Counted from the first letter of the stretch, positions 39,435 to 55,111 are shown. The stretch is 64,000 nt of DNA from Lingula anatina (GCA_051362555.1 CM120641.1:43902401-43966400), one strand, 5' to 3'. The notes: generated by a model from the sequence alone, not told the origin. Numbers and translations: made by a program.

Positions 39435-39603
39435 TGATTGAATTAGTGATACAGCTGTAAGGGAATGTTTTGAGATATTAATAGCCTGACTGTTATGTAA
39501 GAGTGTCATCTAAATAGATCCCCTACACACTTGATGGCCAATTAGTTATTTTTTTCTGCACAAACTGCAGCAAACACTTGCCAAAGGGAGTAAACTTCCC
39601 TGT

Positions 39604-39606
<3 letters not shown>

Positions 39607-39649
<43 letters not shown>
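39607..39649. repeat. Poly(A) tract (~43 nt)
   Basis: Direct reading. Confidence 0.9.
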
Positions 39650-39652
<3 letters not shown>

Positions 39653-41876
39653 CACAACCTCTCAAAACATATCAGTATAGCTGAATTATTATTTTCATGA
39701 ATATTTAAAGGATTAGCATGGGGTTTAGTATTATGTAAATTTGGCCAATCCTCTCTATTTCCAGTTTTTTTAATCAATTTAAAAGAATCTCACAAATAGA
39801 CCAAAATACATATTTTTATTCACCTGGGTTTATGAGCAATCTTCTCTTTAATTTTTTTTCATGCAAATTAATTGAGCTCTACAAGGGGGAAAAATTAACA
39901 CAAAATTTATCTACCATAACAGTTCATTAGATTGTTTTATACTTATGTACATGTACATTACTACGGTGTGTAGGCTTCAATTATAACTTTCCACTGGGGC
40001 GTGTGTGCCACAAGGATTTATTGGTATTTGTGAAAAATTAATCAAGGTTCATGGGATATGGGAGTTAAATGAACAAGTGATGGATTGTTTGCTCATCATA
40101 AAATATTCATTGAACAGCCGTATTGTTTCCGACTGCCTCTTGTTAAATTGGGAGAGAATAGCGTGGATGCTATTCTAAGAGCGGACACCATTGCTGGGGG
40201 GGGTTTATATCTCATTCAAAGGAATACTATAGGAATGCTGCAGTAAAGTTTTCTTTGCCCTTGTCTCTAACATTTAAATGTATTGGATTGCAGAGGCCTG
40301 TTAAAAAGAACAACTCAAGTTGAAAATAGACCATACTCAAGAATGCAATATAGATCTTAAAACTAAATTGCCAGCCCATGTGCAGGAGGAGCTGTGTGTT
40401 TGGGGGGGGGGGGGGGAGGATAAAAGAATAACCCTTTTCCATGGAAAAGATCCACTCTGAATCAAATTTGATCTATAGGTTCTTTGCCAATTCTCAAGTT
40501 TGGTCAACTAAGGAGGGAAATATATCCTCTTTTACTGAGAAAATATTCTCCTAATTGAAATTGCTGGCTATGGGTCACAATGCCTGAGTTACTGTAGTGG
40601 GTATGGTGAGAAATGAAACATTTCTGAAACATCAAAAGGTCTAAATATTCATACCTATTCATATGCAACACTAGTATCTGAATACCAATTTATAAGCTTC
40701 ATCAGGATCTACATAAAAGAAAAGCTGGTCCTCTTCATATTGCATAATTGACTCAGTGTGCCTATTTCAGGAAAAAAATTGGTATTAATTGGCAATATTT
40801 TGTCAAAATGTCCCCACAGATCAATGAGATGTCAAGGTATATTTTATCTCAATCTAATAAACATTGATTTTGGGGGGCCTTAATAAAAGTCATGCCCTGG
40901 GCTATTTGCAGGAAATGAACAATGGAATGTAAGAAATAAGTAATTTAGATGGAAACCAAAACTTTTTTTGGAAAATAGGAATAATTTTTAGTCCTGCAGT
41001 CACAACAACCCCCCTTTGAATAACTTTCTACTGAGGCTGATTGCATTAATTGGAATAAATAAGATGTTGATATGGAAGTTAGAAACAATTGAGAAAATTT
41101 TTGAAATTGCCAGAAAACTGATGTGACCTGCATTCTCAAAATCCGTACTTCAATATTATCATATTAAGGAATAGAAATTCAATGAACTGAGTATTTCAAC
41201 ATAGATATAGATAAGAATCTCTTGGAAAATTGAAACAATACTAAGCAGTTGTAAATATTTGAATAGGCAAAAGCTTATGATATAGGCCCAAACCCAGGGG
41301 ACAGCCTTTAGGGTGGGGGTGGGAGGTTGAATGAACAGCCCTTTTAGGAAAAGGTCTGCTTTAATTATAATATATAGTTAAAATTTTATCTAGGTACATG
41401 AAGATTTTATGGTAAAAGATCCAATTTTTCAGGAAGAGACCCCCTCCCCTTTGAAATTGCTGGCTAAGGGCCTGTGGTGTTTTATATTACAATACAAGTG
41501 TTCTCATATTACACAATATCATAAAATTTTGAGTATCGTTACCCTCTGCATTGGTGGGTGCATGTAACTTGCTGCAACAATGAAAAAAATTAAAACAATA
41601 AACCATATTATTCCACAATTTATCATTTTATATACTGTAATAGAACAATGATAGAGCACTTTAAATTGTGTGCTCCAAATTTTCAGTGTTTTTCAATAGC
41701 CAATTTTTTATGTAAGGCCATGTAGTTTACAGAAGACGTTATGTGAGGTATTGGAAATCTTTAACTTAGTATTGACTGTTAAGCCAGACATGTGGAGTAC
41801 AGGAATTAAATCTCTTCTGCTGTTTTAATACCATTATTCTAGGCCAACAGATTATAATTCTGCCATTTATGGCAAC

Positions 41877-42187
41877 TTAAGATCGCATTTAAAAATAAGT
41901 TGAGCCAGGCTTTACAAATCCTGGGGACTAAATATGGCGGACGTACATGAAAGAAAAACTGCCTAATCTTTTAATAGTCTCTCCGCCTCTCACACGCCTC
42001 CCCACACGTCGTCCCTGCGGGGGGACAGTCATTAAATCTCGGCTCCATTGGGACGACACATGGGGAGGCGTGTGAGAGGCGGAGAGACTATTAAAAGATT
42101 AGGCGGTTTTTCTTTCATGTACGTCCGCCATATTTAGTCCCCAGGATTTGTAAAGCCTGGCTCAACTCGTTGTGAATGCGATCTAAG
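41877..42187. mobile_element. Long near-perfect inverted repeat (foldback element/MITE)
   Basis: Arm 41898-42015 is the reverse complement of 42050-42167 (118 bp, few mismatches) around a 34-nt spacer; weaker outer pairing AGATCGCATT/AATGCGATCT. Confidence 0.9.
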
Positions 42188-45100
42188 AAAACCAAATTGT
42201 GCTGACTACAAGTATATATAGTGTGTGGATACGTGCATGCATGTGTCTGTGTCTTTACACACATGAGCAATATGCACATGATGCAAAGTGCGTAGCCTTG
42301 CAAACTTTGTCGAAATGTGCAGATCTATTGTTTACATTATTTGTAGTTTACAATAAATAAAATCTATTTAAAACAAAGGGAAGGGTTGATAAAAATGGGT
42401 TACGTATATCTGCAAAAAACACTGGATGTAGATTTTGCAACACAGAATTTGTGTAAGCATGTGTGTATGATGTGTGTATGCAATACATGTTTTACATGTT
42501 AACAACAAGAAAAAAATAGTTCTGTATTTAATAAATCTAAGGTATACATTTTTAACTCCAGGAAAATATCAAGTGAATTAAGTTACATGTGTGAAAGATG
42601 CTGGAAGAAAGACGCATAAGAGCAGTCTATTTGATTTAAAATCTTAGAAAAGTTCAAAGGACCCAAAGGAAAAAGCTCAGATTTCAAATGAATTTTAGAC
42701 ATACACACATGTACATATGATTAAAGTCTGTGATCAAAAGTTTATTTTTATGTTATCCTATTTTTTTTAAAAGCTAAAAAACAACAGAAAAATGGGAAAA
42801 TGTACTGGTGTTTTAGTAAGGGTTGTTGCAGAAGCTAAAAGTGGTTAAATGCCATTAACTTGGTTCTGACATGATAAGAAAAATTTACAGCAGTACAAAT
42901 TAATTTCTTTTAAAGTTAGATAACTTGCATTGCAAGCAATGTTATATAGTTTTATTACTCGGGATATTGCATAGATTTTCCCACCGATAAACAACCAGGC
43001 ATTTATGATATCTATAGCATTAGGTACTAGTATTGGTTGTTGTACAGTACTAGCATTTATGACACTTCCATTGCATATCCTCATAGTGTTCAAATCTCAG
43101 TCACTTCACAGCACTCAGGCCACTGTTGTATTGTGTGAAGCATGGAGAAGTACGTCATATCAACAAAGGACGCAATTGAGAGTCAGTCGGTTTCATAGGG
43201 CACCTGGGACCACTCCGAGAAAGTTAGCTTATCCCAAGGGAGCCACTGGTAAATGGAAAATCAATGAACAGAGTTTTGAACTGCTTGCAGGGATGGGAGT
43301 TAAGCACGTTGATGAAGTGGTATTTAACTTGTATAGTGGCCTATTTATGTGGTTATAAAACTGTGGTTATAGTCTTGAGCCTGGTGAATTAACACCTGTG
43401 TAAATCAATTTCTTAAAGAAAGCTGTAGGATGTTTTCATTTGTGTTAACTGATAAAGGGTGTTTGAATAAAATCGTGTATGGAGTGTAAATACTGTAAAT
43501 TTCCTAAACTGTTATTGACTTTTTTTATATTTTCATTTTGTTCTTATGTGATTATACATGTAACAATTGCCATATGTGTGATATATATTACCTTATATGC
43601 ACAAGTATGTATCTTGCAACTTTCTTTCATCAAACTGAAAAAAGAACTAAATTCAGTGTTTTTTCCAAGGATTTTAGTTGCAAAAATAAATATTTCAATT
43701 TAAATATTCAGAAACATCTGGAAACTTTATTCTAGCTTTATTTAGATGATGAGAACAAATTGATAGGATGTGTATATACTGTGTATCACTTATTAAAAAA
43801 ATGGATGTAAATTTATATTAGCTGGAGTGCTGTGAATGCAATGGTACAAATGGCAATGGTGATCTGACAAAGTATATGTGAACTAGTTTGTAATCTGTCA
43901 CTGCATGACCAGAAATACTGGTGCTTGTGGACATTGTCATTTCCATTACAACTTTATACATCTACAGGTATTGATATAATTAAACATTTTGCATGTAAAT
44001 TGAAAAAGATTATCTTACCAGCTCCTGGACTATTTTTACCTACATGTATTTGTAATATTTTGTCGACCTGAATGAGTGGAATTAACACCTGTCTACTTCT
44101 TTATCTTCAAACCCAATGCACCTTTCACAGTAATTAATCAATGACTTTAAAAGAGAACACAAGCCATGTCATGAACTAATCGTGTATGAAGGAAACACAG
44201 AATAAATATTTGCCTCCATGTCTGTCTGTAATACCTGTCTGGCTTGATTCACAACAGAACTGGAGACCAAAGGGTTTTTTTCTTCACTTCAAATTAAAAA
44301 AGTATAGCCATTGGTCTGATAGTTTACATGTAGTTACATGTAGTAGCTATTTCTTTCCTTTTATTTTCAGTTTAATTTGTTTTTCAAGCCTATAGCCAGC
44401 AATTTAAAAGGAGAATTTTCTTTTTCTGAAAAATGGGTCTAAATTTACCATGAAACATTTGTGTTCCTAGGCCAAATTTTACCCATAATGGACATTTTTC
44501 CAACAAAAAGGGTGGTATGTTCAAATCTCCCAACCCCCCTTGCTACGGGTTTGTTTTAAAACAAGTGTTACTAATTTTCTGGGGTCAACATACTGGTAAG
44601 CTAAATACTACTAGTATTTAGTTATAAATTCAGACCAACTTCTAATCAAAAGTTCATTATTTTGTGAAACTGGCCACATAAAAATGGAAATAAAGTTGTA
44701 GTCCCCTACCACCATTAACATCAGAGCAGAAATTAAAAATCATTAAGTCTGATGAACTGCTCTGACAATTACGTGCTCATTCTGCATTTGCCACTTGCTT
44801 CTCAATTGATTTCATTATGGATAATAATGTGACATAAACCTGTTCAAATGGGTTTTTTATTATGTCATTATGGAGGATGGGCACTGGTGGTCATTTTACC
44901 AGAAAGCAATAAGGTTATGGGTACTTCCTGTTGTAAGTTGTGTTTAAAGAGATGGTTGTCATATGAGCTAAAGACCTTAGTCTTGATCGTCTTAGCATAA
45001 CAGTGCAGACACAGACAAAGATTGACAGCACCCCAAATTAAATTAAGGTTACATATATTATGAGAATATGCAAATTTGATATTGTGACAGAAGGTAAAGC

Positions 45101-45403
45101 AATTCATTTTTTATAAAGTTTCTACCTGAGGGGTGCTTTATTTATATTTTTGGAGAGATGGTAGTTTTTGTTATTGTGTTCTTTATAATTGCAATTTGGT
45201 GTGCATGTATGATTAGTCTTATATAGCATATACCCTGTAGTTTTATGGGTGTATTGGCATATGTTACCTTTATTGCAATTAAAACCATATTTGTTCTTTT
45301 AAGTTACTAATTCATTTGTATGATTTTCCTTATTGTTTAAAATTTCAGAAAAACCACATATAGTATACAGCGCCGACATTGACGCACCAAGACAGTTGCC
45401 ACC

Positions 45404-48331
45404 ATGTTGAATATAGCTGGCCTCATCTCCATTATCGTCTTCTATGTTCTCATCCTGGCGGTGGGGATATGGGCGGGCAGGAAGACCAAGTCTACTGAAG
45501 CTAATGCTGACAGTGAAGAGGTTATGTTGGCAGGGCGGAATATAGGCTTGGTGGTGGGGATCTTCACAATGACAGGTAAGGAGGCAAGGAATGGTGCATA
45601 TGGGCAAAATGCATAGTTTTGTTATTTTGTTCATAGTTTTGTATTTTGTTCAACTTATGGACTATCAGTTTCACCAGCTTTTTTTCATAAATGCAAAAAC
45701 TTTGAAATTGCAGTAGAGGCATATAAAATTTGAGGAATATTTTTCATTTCAGTAGCACTCAACACGGGGGGAATAACACAGTGATTAGTACTTCATGCAA
45801 AACTCAATTATATCATCAAGTCATTGCTATTCATTACCCATTGTCCCTAGTCAATTTGCTGTGGTGACATACAGTCATAGAATTTTTACACGCACAGGCC
45901 TAATCACTAGGCCGCTAGCAGCTTAATATAAGCATGAAAAGATTTCTGTAAAAAATTTGTTGAAATGTGTCAATGAGTTCTCATAGTATTCCTCTACTAG
46001 ATTTCTTACTCTGCATACATGGCATTTCCTTTATTTCTATATATTTCTTTACTTCTGTTTTTTTTTTTACCTTTTTCATTTCTCCTTTTCTGCATGTGTG
46101 ATAGACTCTTTGATCAGGTTTACCTATCCCTATCTAATTGCATTTCTATAATGATATTACGATAAAATGTTTGACTTGCGCGTGTATATAGCGAAAGTGT
46201 GAAATAATATATATATATGATCTTATAGAAGTTTTTGTTTTTGAAATGAAACTTTTTTATTCAATCAAACATGCTCATTAAAGTCTCAGGGGTGCCTTTT
46301 GCCAGTTCTTCTTATTCCCCATTTTTTTTTTATCCAACATAATATTTCACAAGATTCAGAATGTTTCTGATGCTTCCATAATCGGCTGTCTGATAGGAAA
46401 ATACCAATATAGGCACTGCTGTAATTTCATAATTTCAAAAGAAAACATTAAGTGCCCCCAGAGGCTCAAAGCTGGGAAGATTAATCTGAACGTCAATAAA
46501 TTGAGGCTATAAGTAGACATCTCTTGAAAGGTTGACAGAGCAATACTTTTTGACCAATTGATGAGGCCCTCTCTTGTCCCATAGGAGAGAGAGACAGAAT
46601 CTTGAGGCTAATCACCTAAAATGTGTGTTATTTCCACCAAATAGCAGGCTTTTTGAACAGATTGTTTCTTGTTATCTAGGATATTGTCCTGATTCTACTC
46701 ACTAAACCATCAGTCAGTCTGACAATTGCAATTATAAATCTATAAATTCTATTTTATCATTTAACAGTACCCTGTTTTCAAGTAATCAATCCATATACCA
46801 GTATGTCTGACACATGTTCTACATAGAACAGTATGAGGTTAGATTTTGAAAGTTTTTTTTAAATTTTGATAAATTGGATAAGTCAGAAAACATGCAAGAA
46901 ACTAGTAGTAAATATACTTATAATTACTAGTATGTCAGAACCATTGCACCAGAACACACACACACGCATTCAAATAAGTAAATGAATAAATTCAAAGAAA
47001 ATAAAAGAAAATGAGAAATAATATGATTTGATGTTGCACGCCTACGTGCATTGGAAAAATCTATAGATCTAATTTGAAATTCATATAACAAAAATATTAG
47101 AGACCTGCACAGTCACTAGAGTACTAGATTGTGGTACCCCCAAGGGTTCTGCTGTTAATCAAAAAGTCAATTTTCATTGCAGTTAGCAAAAATTGATCCT
47201 GAAGTACGCAAATAAGACAGTTAAGATAGGCTCCAACATGCAATTCTCCGTGGCACCAAGGGCTTCACTTCACAGCGATTTAATTCATATTTCATGATGT
47301 AATTGAGTGCTGATTTACATGTAAGCACAGTGTTGTACCAGTATCTCACGATCTCTTGTATTTTTCCATAAATTTTATCCAGAGACAAGACATTAGGTAT
47401 ATGCACTGGAATAGAAGACTTTAACACCTTTATTACAAGTGGTACATATGCTATAAGATTACTGAGCATCAAGTGCAAATTTTGATTTCCTGTCAATTTT
47501 TTTAAAAGAATTTTAAGAAGATTCTCAAATATGCAGATGAACATGATGAAATTTTTAATAAAGAAGACACTATATACTAGTTTAACTGTGAATGAATATG
47601 TATAAGTGAACACAAAAAAATCTCAGAATTATCTGCATAGCAAATGACATATAATGCGTCCACTGGCATGAATGCACTCTTTTATTTTCAAAGAAATTAT
47701 TTGGATCAGCACTTTTTTGTTATTTGTTTTTGATTTTTTTTTCTGTAACCTACTGAGGAAAAACAACTTTTTAAAACTCCTTTTCTGTTAGATATACAGT
47801 ACATTTTAGTGCATATTGTAGGTATTTATTTATGCACTTATATGAACTTCTCGAGAGGATTTTTATTTACAACTAAGTTTCTTTTATTTATTGATTCATT
47901 TTCTTGCTGTAACCCACTGAGGAAAAACAAAGAATTTACAGCACTTGGCTGGTAACTAAGGAACATGAAGCAGAAAGAATGTTGGTAATTGTTGCTGGCA
48001 AGCACACACAAATCAGCAACAACCAGAAATCTACAATGATTGCAAATCTGGCCACCATTAGAATGCTAAATGGATTTCAGGCAGTTACAAGCTCTCTGTC
48101 ATTAGCTTGGGCAAATTCTTTTATTGTTCTACTGAGCTAGCTAATCTTATTGCACCCGTTGTATGACAGGACTTCTGCAGAACCACAGTGTAGTGTAGTT
48201 CGCCTTTTATTAATGGAGCTTTTTTTAGCGTTGATCAATAAATGGTCAATAGAATCATGGGAAACTGAACAGCCATACTTCGGATAAGCTGAGAAATTCA
48301 AGAAATCTAACTGTTTAATTAATTTCAGATA

Positions 48332-48362
<31 letters not shown>

Positions 48363-51300
48363 AATTTTATATTTGAACCACACTTTTTTGCAGAAATGCC
48401 ATTGAAAGTGTAGTCCTAATAAGTAATCACAACACAATTTTGAGCACTGCCAACCTTATTCCGACATATTGTAATGCCTTGTACCACTGTGAAATAAATA
48501 TAATTTGGAAATCTATGTATCTCATTAAGGCTGACATTAAAATGGAGTGTTCTATGCATCGGCAGCACTTTAAATGGATTTAACTGTGAGCAATTAGTCG
48601 TAACACTGTCCTCTTTCTCCAGCACATGGCTTTGTGTCTTCAGAAATTCACTTTGAAGTTAATCAGAACAAGTTATTACTTTCAGAAACAAATGTGTCAC
48701 CAATCAATATTATTTCTTACAATAGCTTTTTCTGCATTTCTTCAGTTATTGTTTGAGGCTAAAAATATTGAAGACAAGCAGAGATCAAAGGGGGAAATTA
48801 TATTAATGTCTCCCAAGTTTGTCATAATTTCAGTTTGCAGTCTTTTGCGGCTATTTAAAAACATTACTCAACAAAATGCATTTTTTTTTCTGAATTATGC
48901 ATTCAGAATGCTAAATCATATCTGATGTTATGGAGCATGATGTAAACAGACTTATCTTTGATGTTATTTACATATTTGATAAGATATTTATATATATATA
49001 ATTGACATCTGCCTCTATATGTGACACAACATGCAAGCATGACTTAGTTTTCCTCCTTTCCTTAGGATTAAACCACATCACACATATACAGATGAAGAAA
49101 GAAAGTGTTGTTGGCATTAAAAAATCTATGTGCAATTTTCATGTTTTAAAAAATCAGATTTTTTTATATTTATAAGCTTCAGTTCTCTTTTTAATAAATC
49201 AAATATTGCATGCTTTTTTTGTAGAAAATAGCTTGTGTTTATATCTTGTATGATACATTCCTTCTGCAAAATGCTATATTAAAAAGTGATTGTAACCCTG
49301 GTCATTATTATTATTATTATTATTATTTTAATTATTATTATCATTTTTTATTTTCTAGCCACATGGGTTGGAGGAGGTTACATCAATGGTACAGCAGAGA
49401 TCATTTTCTCCTCTGGTATGGTTTGGTGTCAGGCTCCATTTGGCTATGCCCTTAGCCTTGTTTTTGGTAAGCTGATTACGTTTTTGTTCTTCATATTCTG
49501 AAATATCACCTATCAAAATAACAACTGTTCTAGTCTAACATTACAACTCCAAGATGCTAAAATATTCAGTCTGAAAGTTTAAAATTGAAGTTAAAAAGTG
49601 CTTTGTAAAGTAATTGTTTATAGCTATTGAGGTGGGAAGTATTTTTTACTCATTCTTGCAGTCACTTATTTTAGAAAGATTTAAACTTTATTCATTTGAG
49701 CAGGGGTGCTTTCTTCTCTCTCTCCAACACTTCATGATTAATTGTGAATTTTACTTCTCATTTAAACAGATGAAAAAAATTACATTTACTTAGAACAGAA
49801 ATGTGATTATAGAATCAAATCAAGGATATTACACTTATTTACGATCCCAGTTTTTCTGAATCTGAAGTCAGTTATGAAAGTCAAGATAAAACGGCTTGAA
49901 GAAATACAAAAATTGACCACCGAGCAAAACAACAGCAGAGGGCAGTCCTTGTTTCTCAGGATAATATGGGTGCTGTTTATCGTCTGACTTCATTAAGGCC
50001 AGACATAATAAATTTGGAGTTAATACCCGACAAAAAATCAATGTTAATATACTCTGAGGAGTTCTAAGTTGTAGGAATCCAATGACCCTTCTTCTTTTTT
50101 TTATGTATACATCAGAAAGATATGAATAAGAAACATTGAAGTATTGTGTATTAGGGTCATTCCCAATGAACCAATCGGTCTACATTGATCGATCCAACTC
50201 TGCAGGAACTCTCACTGAATGCATCAGATAAAGAGATTAACATGCTTGATGATTAAAAACCAAGACCCTTGGAAGTCACACATTGATGTTATTGCCTCAC
50301 TCTTTATGTACAAGTTTGACGCATTGGATTTTATTGTAAATGGATCAGAGACTTAAATGAAATTGCACATTTAATTGTTCCCAAATGATCTTACTGAGTA
50401 ATCTCTTGGGTGCATAACCTAAGATTTTTTGAAGAAACATAATTCATAATCCGTAGCAAATTGAAGGGAGAAAATGATAAATTTCATCTCCTTATGATCA
50501 TCTTTTGCTGAAATCTATTATTACATCTTCAAATTGTGACAAACTTAGTGCTTATGAAATGAATGCTTTTGTTTGACTGAAATTCAAAAGGATAGAAGAA
50601 AAAAGAATGCTTTAATTTAAAAAAAAAAGAAAATGACAGCATTGAAGAAGTGGTTTCATGTACATGTATGTAGTGTATCATAGAAAGTGAAATGTAGTCC
50701 TTGAAAATTTTCAAAATGATTATCAAAATTAATTTTTTTGCCAGGTGGCCTCTTTTTTGCCAATAAAATGAGGACAGAAGGTTATGTCACCATGCTGGAT
50801 CCATTCCAAAGGAAATATGGAGAGAGAATGGGTGGACTTCTGTTTATACCCGCCTTGCTTGGGGAAGTCTTCTGGTCGGCAGCCATTTTGTCTGCTTTGG
50901 GTTAGTTGGATTTTATCTGCTTACATACTTTGTTTGAAAGTTTATCAAAAAAGGTTAATTCAACAGTTAAATTATTTTGCTGTCCATGCTTGTGTTGTTA
51001 TGGATCCCTGTTGAAAGAATATCAGAAAGTACAAAGTAGATTTCATTACCTGTTTGGGGGCCATCTTTTAATTGCAGTTGTTTTTCTTTTTTCTTTATCA
51101 GTCTTTTTTTTTTTTTTTTTTACAAAAGATTATTATTATTATTATGTTTGTATCAGTGCACTCAAATAAACCACATGTTGTATTTGAGAGGTTTTGAGGT
51201 TTTTCAAGACCTGACAGCACTGCAAATTAAAAGATCATGGATGTGCTTGGATGTGTGTTGAGTTGTGTTTGGTGTGCCAGCAACAATTACGACAAACACA

Positions 51301-54300
51301 GGGTCAGCTTTACATGAGAACTTCTAAGTCTTAAAAGACTGAATATTAGTCATTCAGTCTAATTGATCTGCAGTTATCCACACAGATGGAATATTGCTTA
51401 TGTTTTATTTCCAAAAAACAAAAGAGAGAAAGAAAAAGAAATTGCCACAAGCTATCTTAGGGGACTACTATATGGATGGATTTTGTATTGAAGAGGAGCA
51501 GAATTCTTAAAACTAACACCAACTTTCTGTTTTCATTTTTTAAATTGTGTGTGTGTGTGTTTATGTGTGTGTGTGTATGTGTGTGCTTGTAAAACTGGCC
51601 CCTGGTCCATATTTTTACTTCATATTAGCTGGATATGTATTCTAACATATCAAAAATATAAAATATAATTGTTCCATATGTTTATTTTCAGGAGCCACTC
51701 TCTCTGTCATCATAGAGCTGGACAACACGACAGCTGTCATAGTGTCAGCCTGTGTCGCAGTGGTGTATACATTGTTTGGAGGGCTGTACTCAGTGGCATA
51801 TACAGATGTCATACAGTTGATGTGCATAGTGATTGGTTTGGTGAGCATGTCACACTTGACCAAGGTCTTAAATTTACTTACAGACAAGTAAAAAAAGAGA
51901 TAAAAAGTTACCTCATTTTAACTGATGAACTTTTGACTAGTGATAAGTGTTTAATTAGTGATTGACTCTTTAGGCCTCGACAACTTAATTTAAGCATAAC
52001 ACTGCAGCAGCTAGTCTGAACCAATTTATTTATTTCTTAATTTTTTAGTGATGTTTGCTTACAATGGCATGGCATTTTTTTTTAGTGTAAATTATTTTTT
52101 ATTTAAAATATTTATGAAATCTTGCTGGAATCTTTCAAAAGTTTGAATTATTTTAAAATTTAATTACAGTGGCTGTCCATACCATTTGCTATGACCCACC
52201 CGTCAGTGGGCAATATAGTGGAGACTGCTCCCAAATGGATTGGAACACTCCCTGCCTCTCAGAGTGGCACCTACATAGATTCTGCTCTGCTTCTCACATT
52301 TGGTGGCATCCCATGGCAGGTGGGTCCTCTGTCACAACCAACACAATGTAGCATTTCTCAATTATGTGTCACAACCAACACAATGTAGCATTTCTCAATT
52401 ATGAATGGAAATTTTTCAAGTAACACGAATTCCTCAAGTGATTGTTAATGTTTTGTCATATAGGTTATGATTTTGGTTTAAAACTTTTTAGATTAGCAGC
52501 TTTGACAAGGAAAGCCCATATCTTTAGTAGAAGGAGTTGAAAGATTTGTTTGTCACCAAATTATGACAAATTTAATAAAGTCTAATCCTTACCTGCCAGT
52601 GACTTATTTAACATATAGGCCTTTTGTCATCTCACTTATGTATGTGTTGTAGGTATATTTTCAAAGAGTTCTCTCGGCAAAGACAGCGTTCCGTGCCCAG
52701 ATCCTGTCATATGTGGCCGCAGCTGGTGTGGTGGTCCTGGCTATCCCAGCAGTCCTAGTGGGAGCCATCGCCTCATCTACTGGTAGGGACGCAACAAAAT
52801 AATGATATTGAATATAATGATACGTAATAATGTTATTACGGAATTATGTAAATGGATTTACATTAATATTGATAATGGTAATTTTAATTCAATTTACTCA
52901 TTCTATACATTTGTATGGCTGCAAGATTTTGTTTCATTTTTGAGAAAGCCATCACAATTTGTTGCTGTTTTATTGATTTCAATATGTTAGTCTTAGAAAT
53001 ATAGAAGTGATGCACTATATATTTGTCGATAAGAGCTTTTTGATTTGCCTCCAGGTGTTCCAATGAATCACCAAAAATTTCATATTAATAATTTTGCATT
53101 GGCTGGTATTATTTATAATTTTTTATGACTTGTAACAGTTTGTGTAAATAACATTTTTTCATTTATGATTAGACATTTACATGTTTTAGGAAAAAGGTAT
53201 TTCTCATAAAGGTGTATTTTCCAGACTGGAATTCAACAGAGTACGATGGTGAGCTCCCTATTCCTGCAGAAGAACAGAAGCTGGTGCTGCCCCTGGTGTT
53301 GCAGTACCTTTGCCCCACCGCTGTATCTTTTATTGGACTGGGCTCCATCTCTGCTGCTGTCATGTCGTCTGCAGATTCCTCCGTTCTATCTGCCAGCTCC
53401 ATGTTTGCTCGGAATGTGTACAAGATGACATGCAGGCAAAATGTGAGATATTTGAGATTTATAGGCAATGTGTCCTAGTGGATTGATATACAGTTAAAAT
53501 TCAAGATAGCTGATATATAAAAAGAAAAAGATTAAAAAAAATGGATGGTTATAAAATTGTGTATAATTTGCAGTCTGACAAAAAGTAAGATTGTATTTTC
53601 AAGTGAAATAGATATTCCATTAAATAATTAAAATCTGTTTAGCTATCTGTTTATAGCTATGAAGAACACCTGGACTCTCATAAAGAGATATATGTTCAAC
53701 TCTCATTAGAAGATATATAAAAATACAATTGTCAAAATTGATATTCATGATTATTCAGTGGTTGTGTACAATATATTTTATCCTTTTTATTATTTTTTTT
53801 TCAGGCATCTGAGCGTGAAATCATTTGGGTCATGCGTTTTGCCATCTTTGGAGTTGGCGCCTTGGCTACAATAATGGGGATCACAATCTCTACAATCTAT
53901 GGCTTATGGTTCTTATGCTCCGATCTCGTCTACGTCATTCTGTTCCCCCAACTCGTCTGCGTGATATACTTGAAAGCTGCCAACACTTACGGATCTTTAG
54001 CAGGGTTTATATTTGGTCTGTTCTTCCGTCTTGCTGGGGGTGAGATGTTGATTGGCTTACATCCATTGATCAAGTATCCATTTTACGACGAGAAAAATAA
54101 TGCACAGTTATTCCCATACAAGACTCTCTCCATGCTGATAACATTATTTACTATATGGGCTGTGTCTTTGCCATTTAAGTATGTCTTTGAAAATGGGATG
54201 CTGCCCAAGCATTATGATGTTTTTCAATGTATAGTCAATATCCCAGAGGAGAAAACAGGGCTGAGAGCTGCCACCCCCTCAGAAGCAGAGATGACGAGCA

Positions 54301-54488
54301 TTACTTTAGACCAAAAAACTTACGAAACCAACGGGAAGGTCAACCCTGCACTTAAGTTCTCAAAGAGCGACCTACTTAATGCGGAAAACTTGTCCCAGCC
54401 TCCTACCCCCAACTCTAATAATCACCGAACCAGTAAATCTTTCGACAAAGACGAGGGGGAGTCATCAGATGAATCAACTGGGCTTTAA
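45404..54488 (+). CDS. SLC5A7: High-affinity choline transporter 1 (Na+/choline symporter, SSF family), ~588 aa
   Basis: Exons 45404-45575, 49359-49466, 50745-50900, 51692-51840, 52170-52319, 52653-52782, 53225-53442, 53805-54488 (1767 nt, all GT-AG, in frame). GCCACCATG Kozak context; motifs [92 protein letters not shown]. Confidence 0.98.
52331..52403. repeat. Perfect 37-bp tandem duplication in an SLC5A7 intron
   Basis: GTCACAACCAACACAATGTAGCATTTCTCAATTATG occurs at 52331 and 52368. Confidence 0.9.
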
Positions 54489-55111
54489 TGCTGTCTTTCC
54501 CTGTTAGGTTCTGTAGTATTAAATATTCACTTTACAACTTCCTGTTATTTTATGTCCTGTACATAGACAAATAGAGCAAAATTAAGGTACCAACCAGTAT
54601 AAGTATGAAGAAACCTAAGAGCAAAATAATATAGTTTATATGTGTACTACTACAATCTGGTTAGATAAATCTGATGATGTTAGTACAATAATAATGTAAT
54701 AGTAGTCTTGTCTTATCTGAAGAAGTGGTTTGCATTTACTGAAGCCCTGTAATTATATGTCCTGTAAATAAAACATTTACTATATACAAATGGATGGAGA
54801 AGCACAGCCAGGAAATGGCAAAATTATTCTATAAGCTGGTATCCAGTGAGATGTGAATGTGGAAGATTTGGGTTCTGTTTCATCTTAAGGAAATATATTG
54901 TGTTTAACACAAGGTAAAATATGGTATGCGTAACCTCAAAAAGGGAACAGTAAATCACTAAATGTTACCTATAATAATCAGCATTTAAAAAAATAATAAA
55001 ATAAAATGTCTCATGTTTTATGAGTGTGGTAATGACTTGATCTTGTAAATGGCAAAATGTATCAATCCTTACATACATAATTTTGAAATCATAAAATAGT
55101 ATTTCTATTTA

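Noticed and set aside
40370-44555. Short degenerate elements with CTGGCTA(C/T/A)GGG-type ends (~40375-40576, 41283-41474, 44386-44553)
   Set aside because: Probably old MITEs, but too decayed to give boundaries or a family with confidence.
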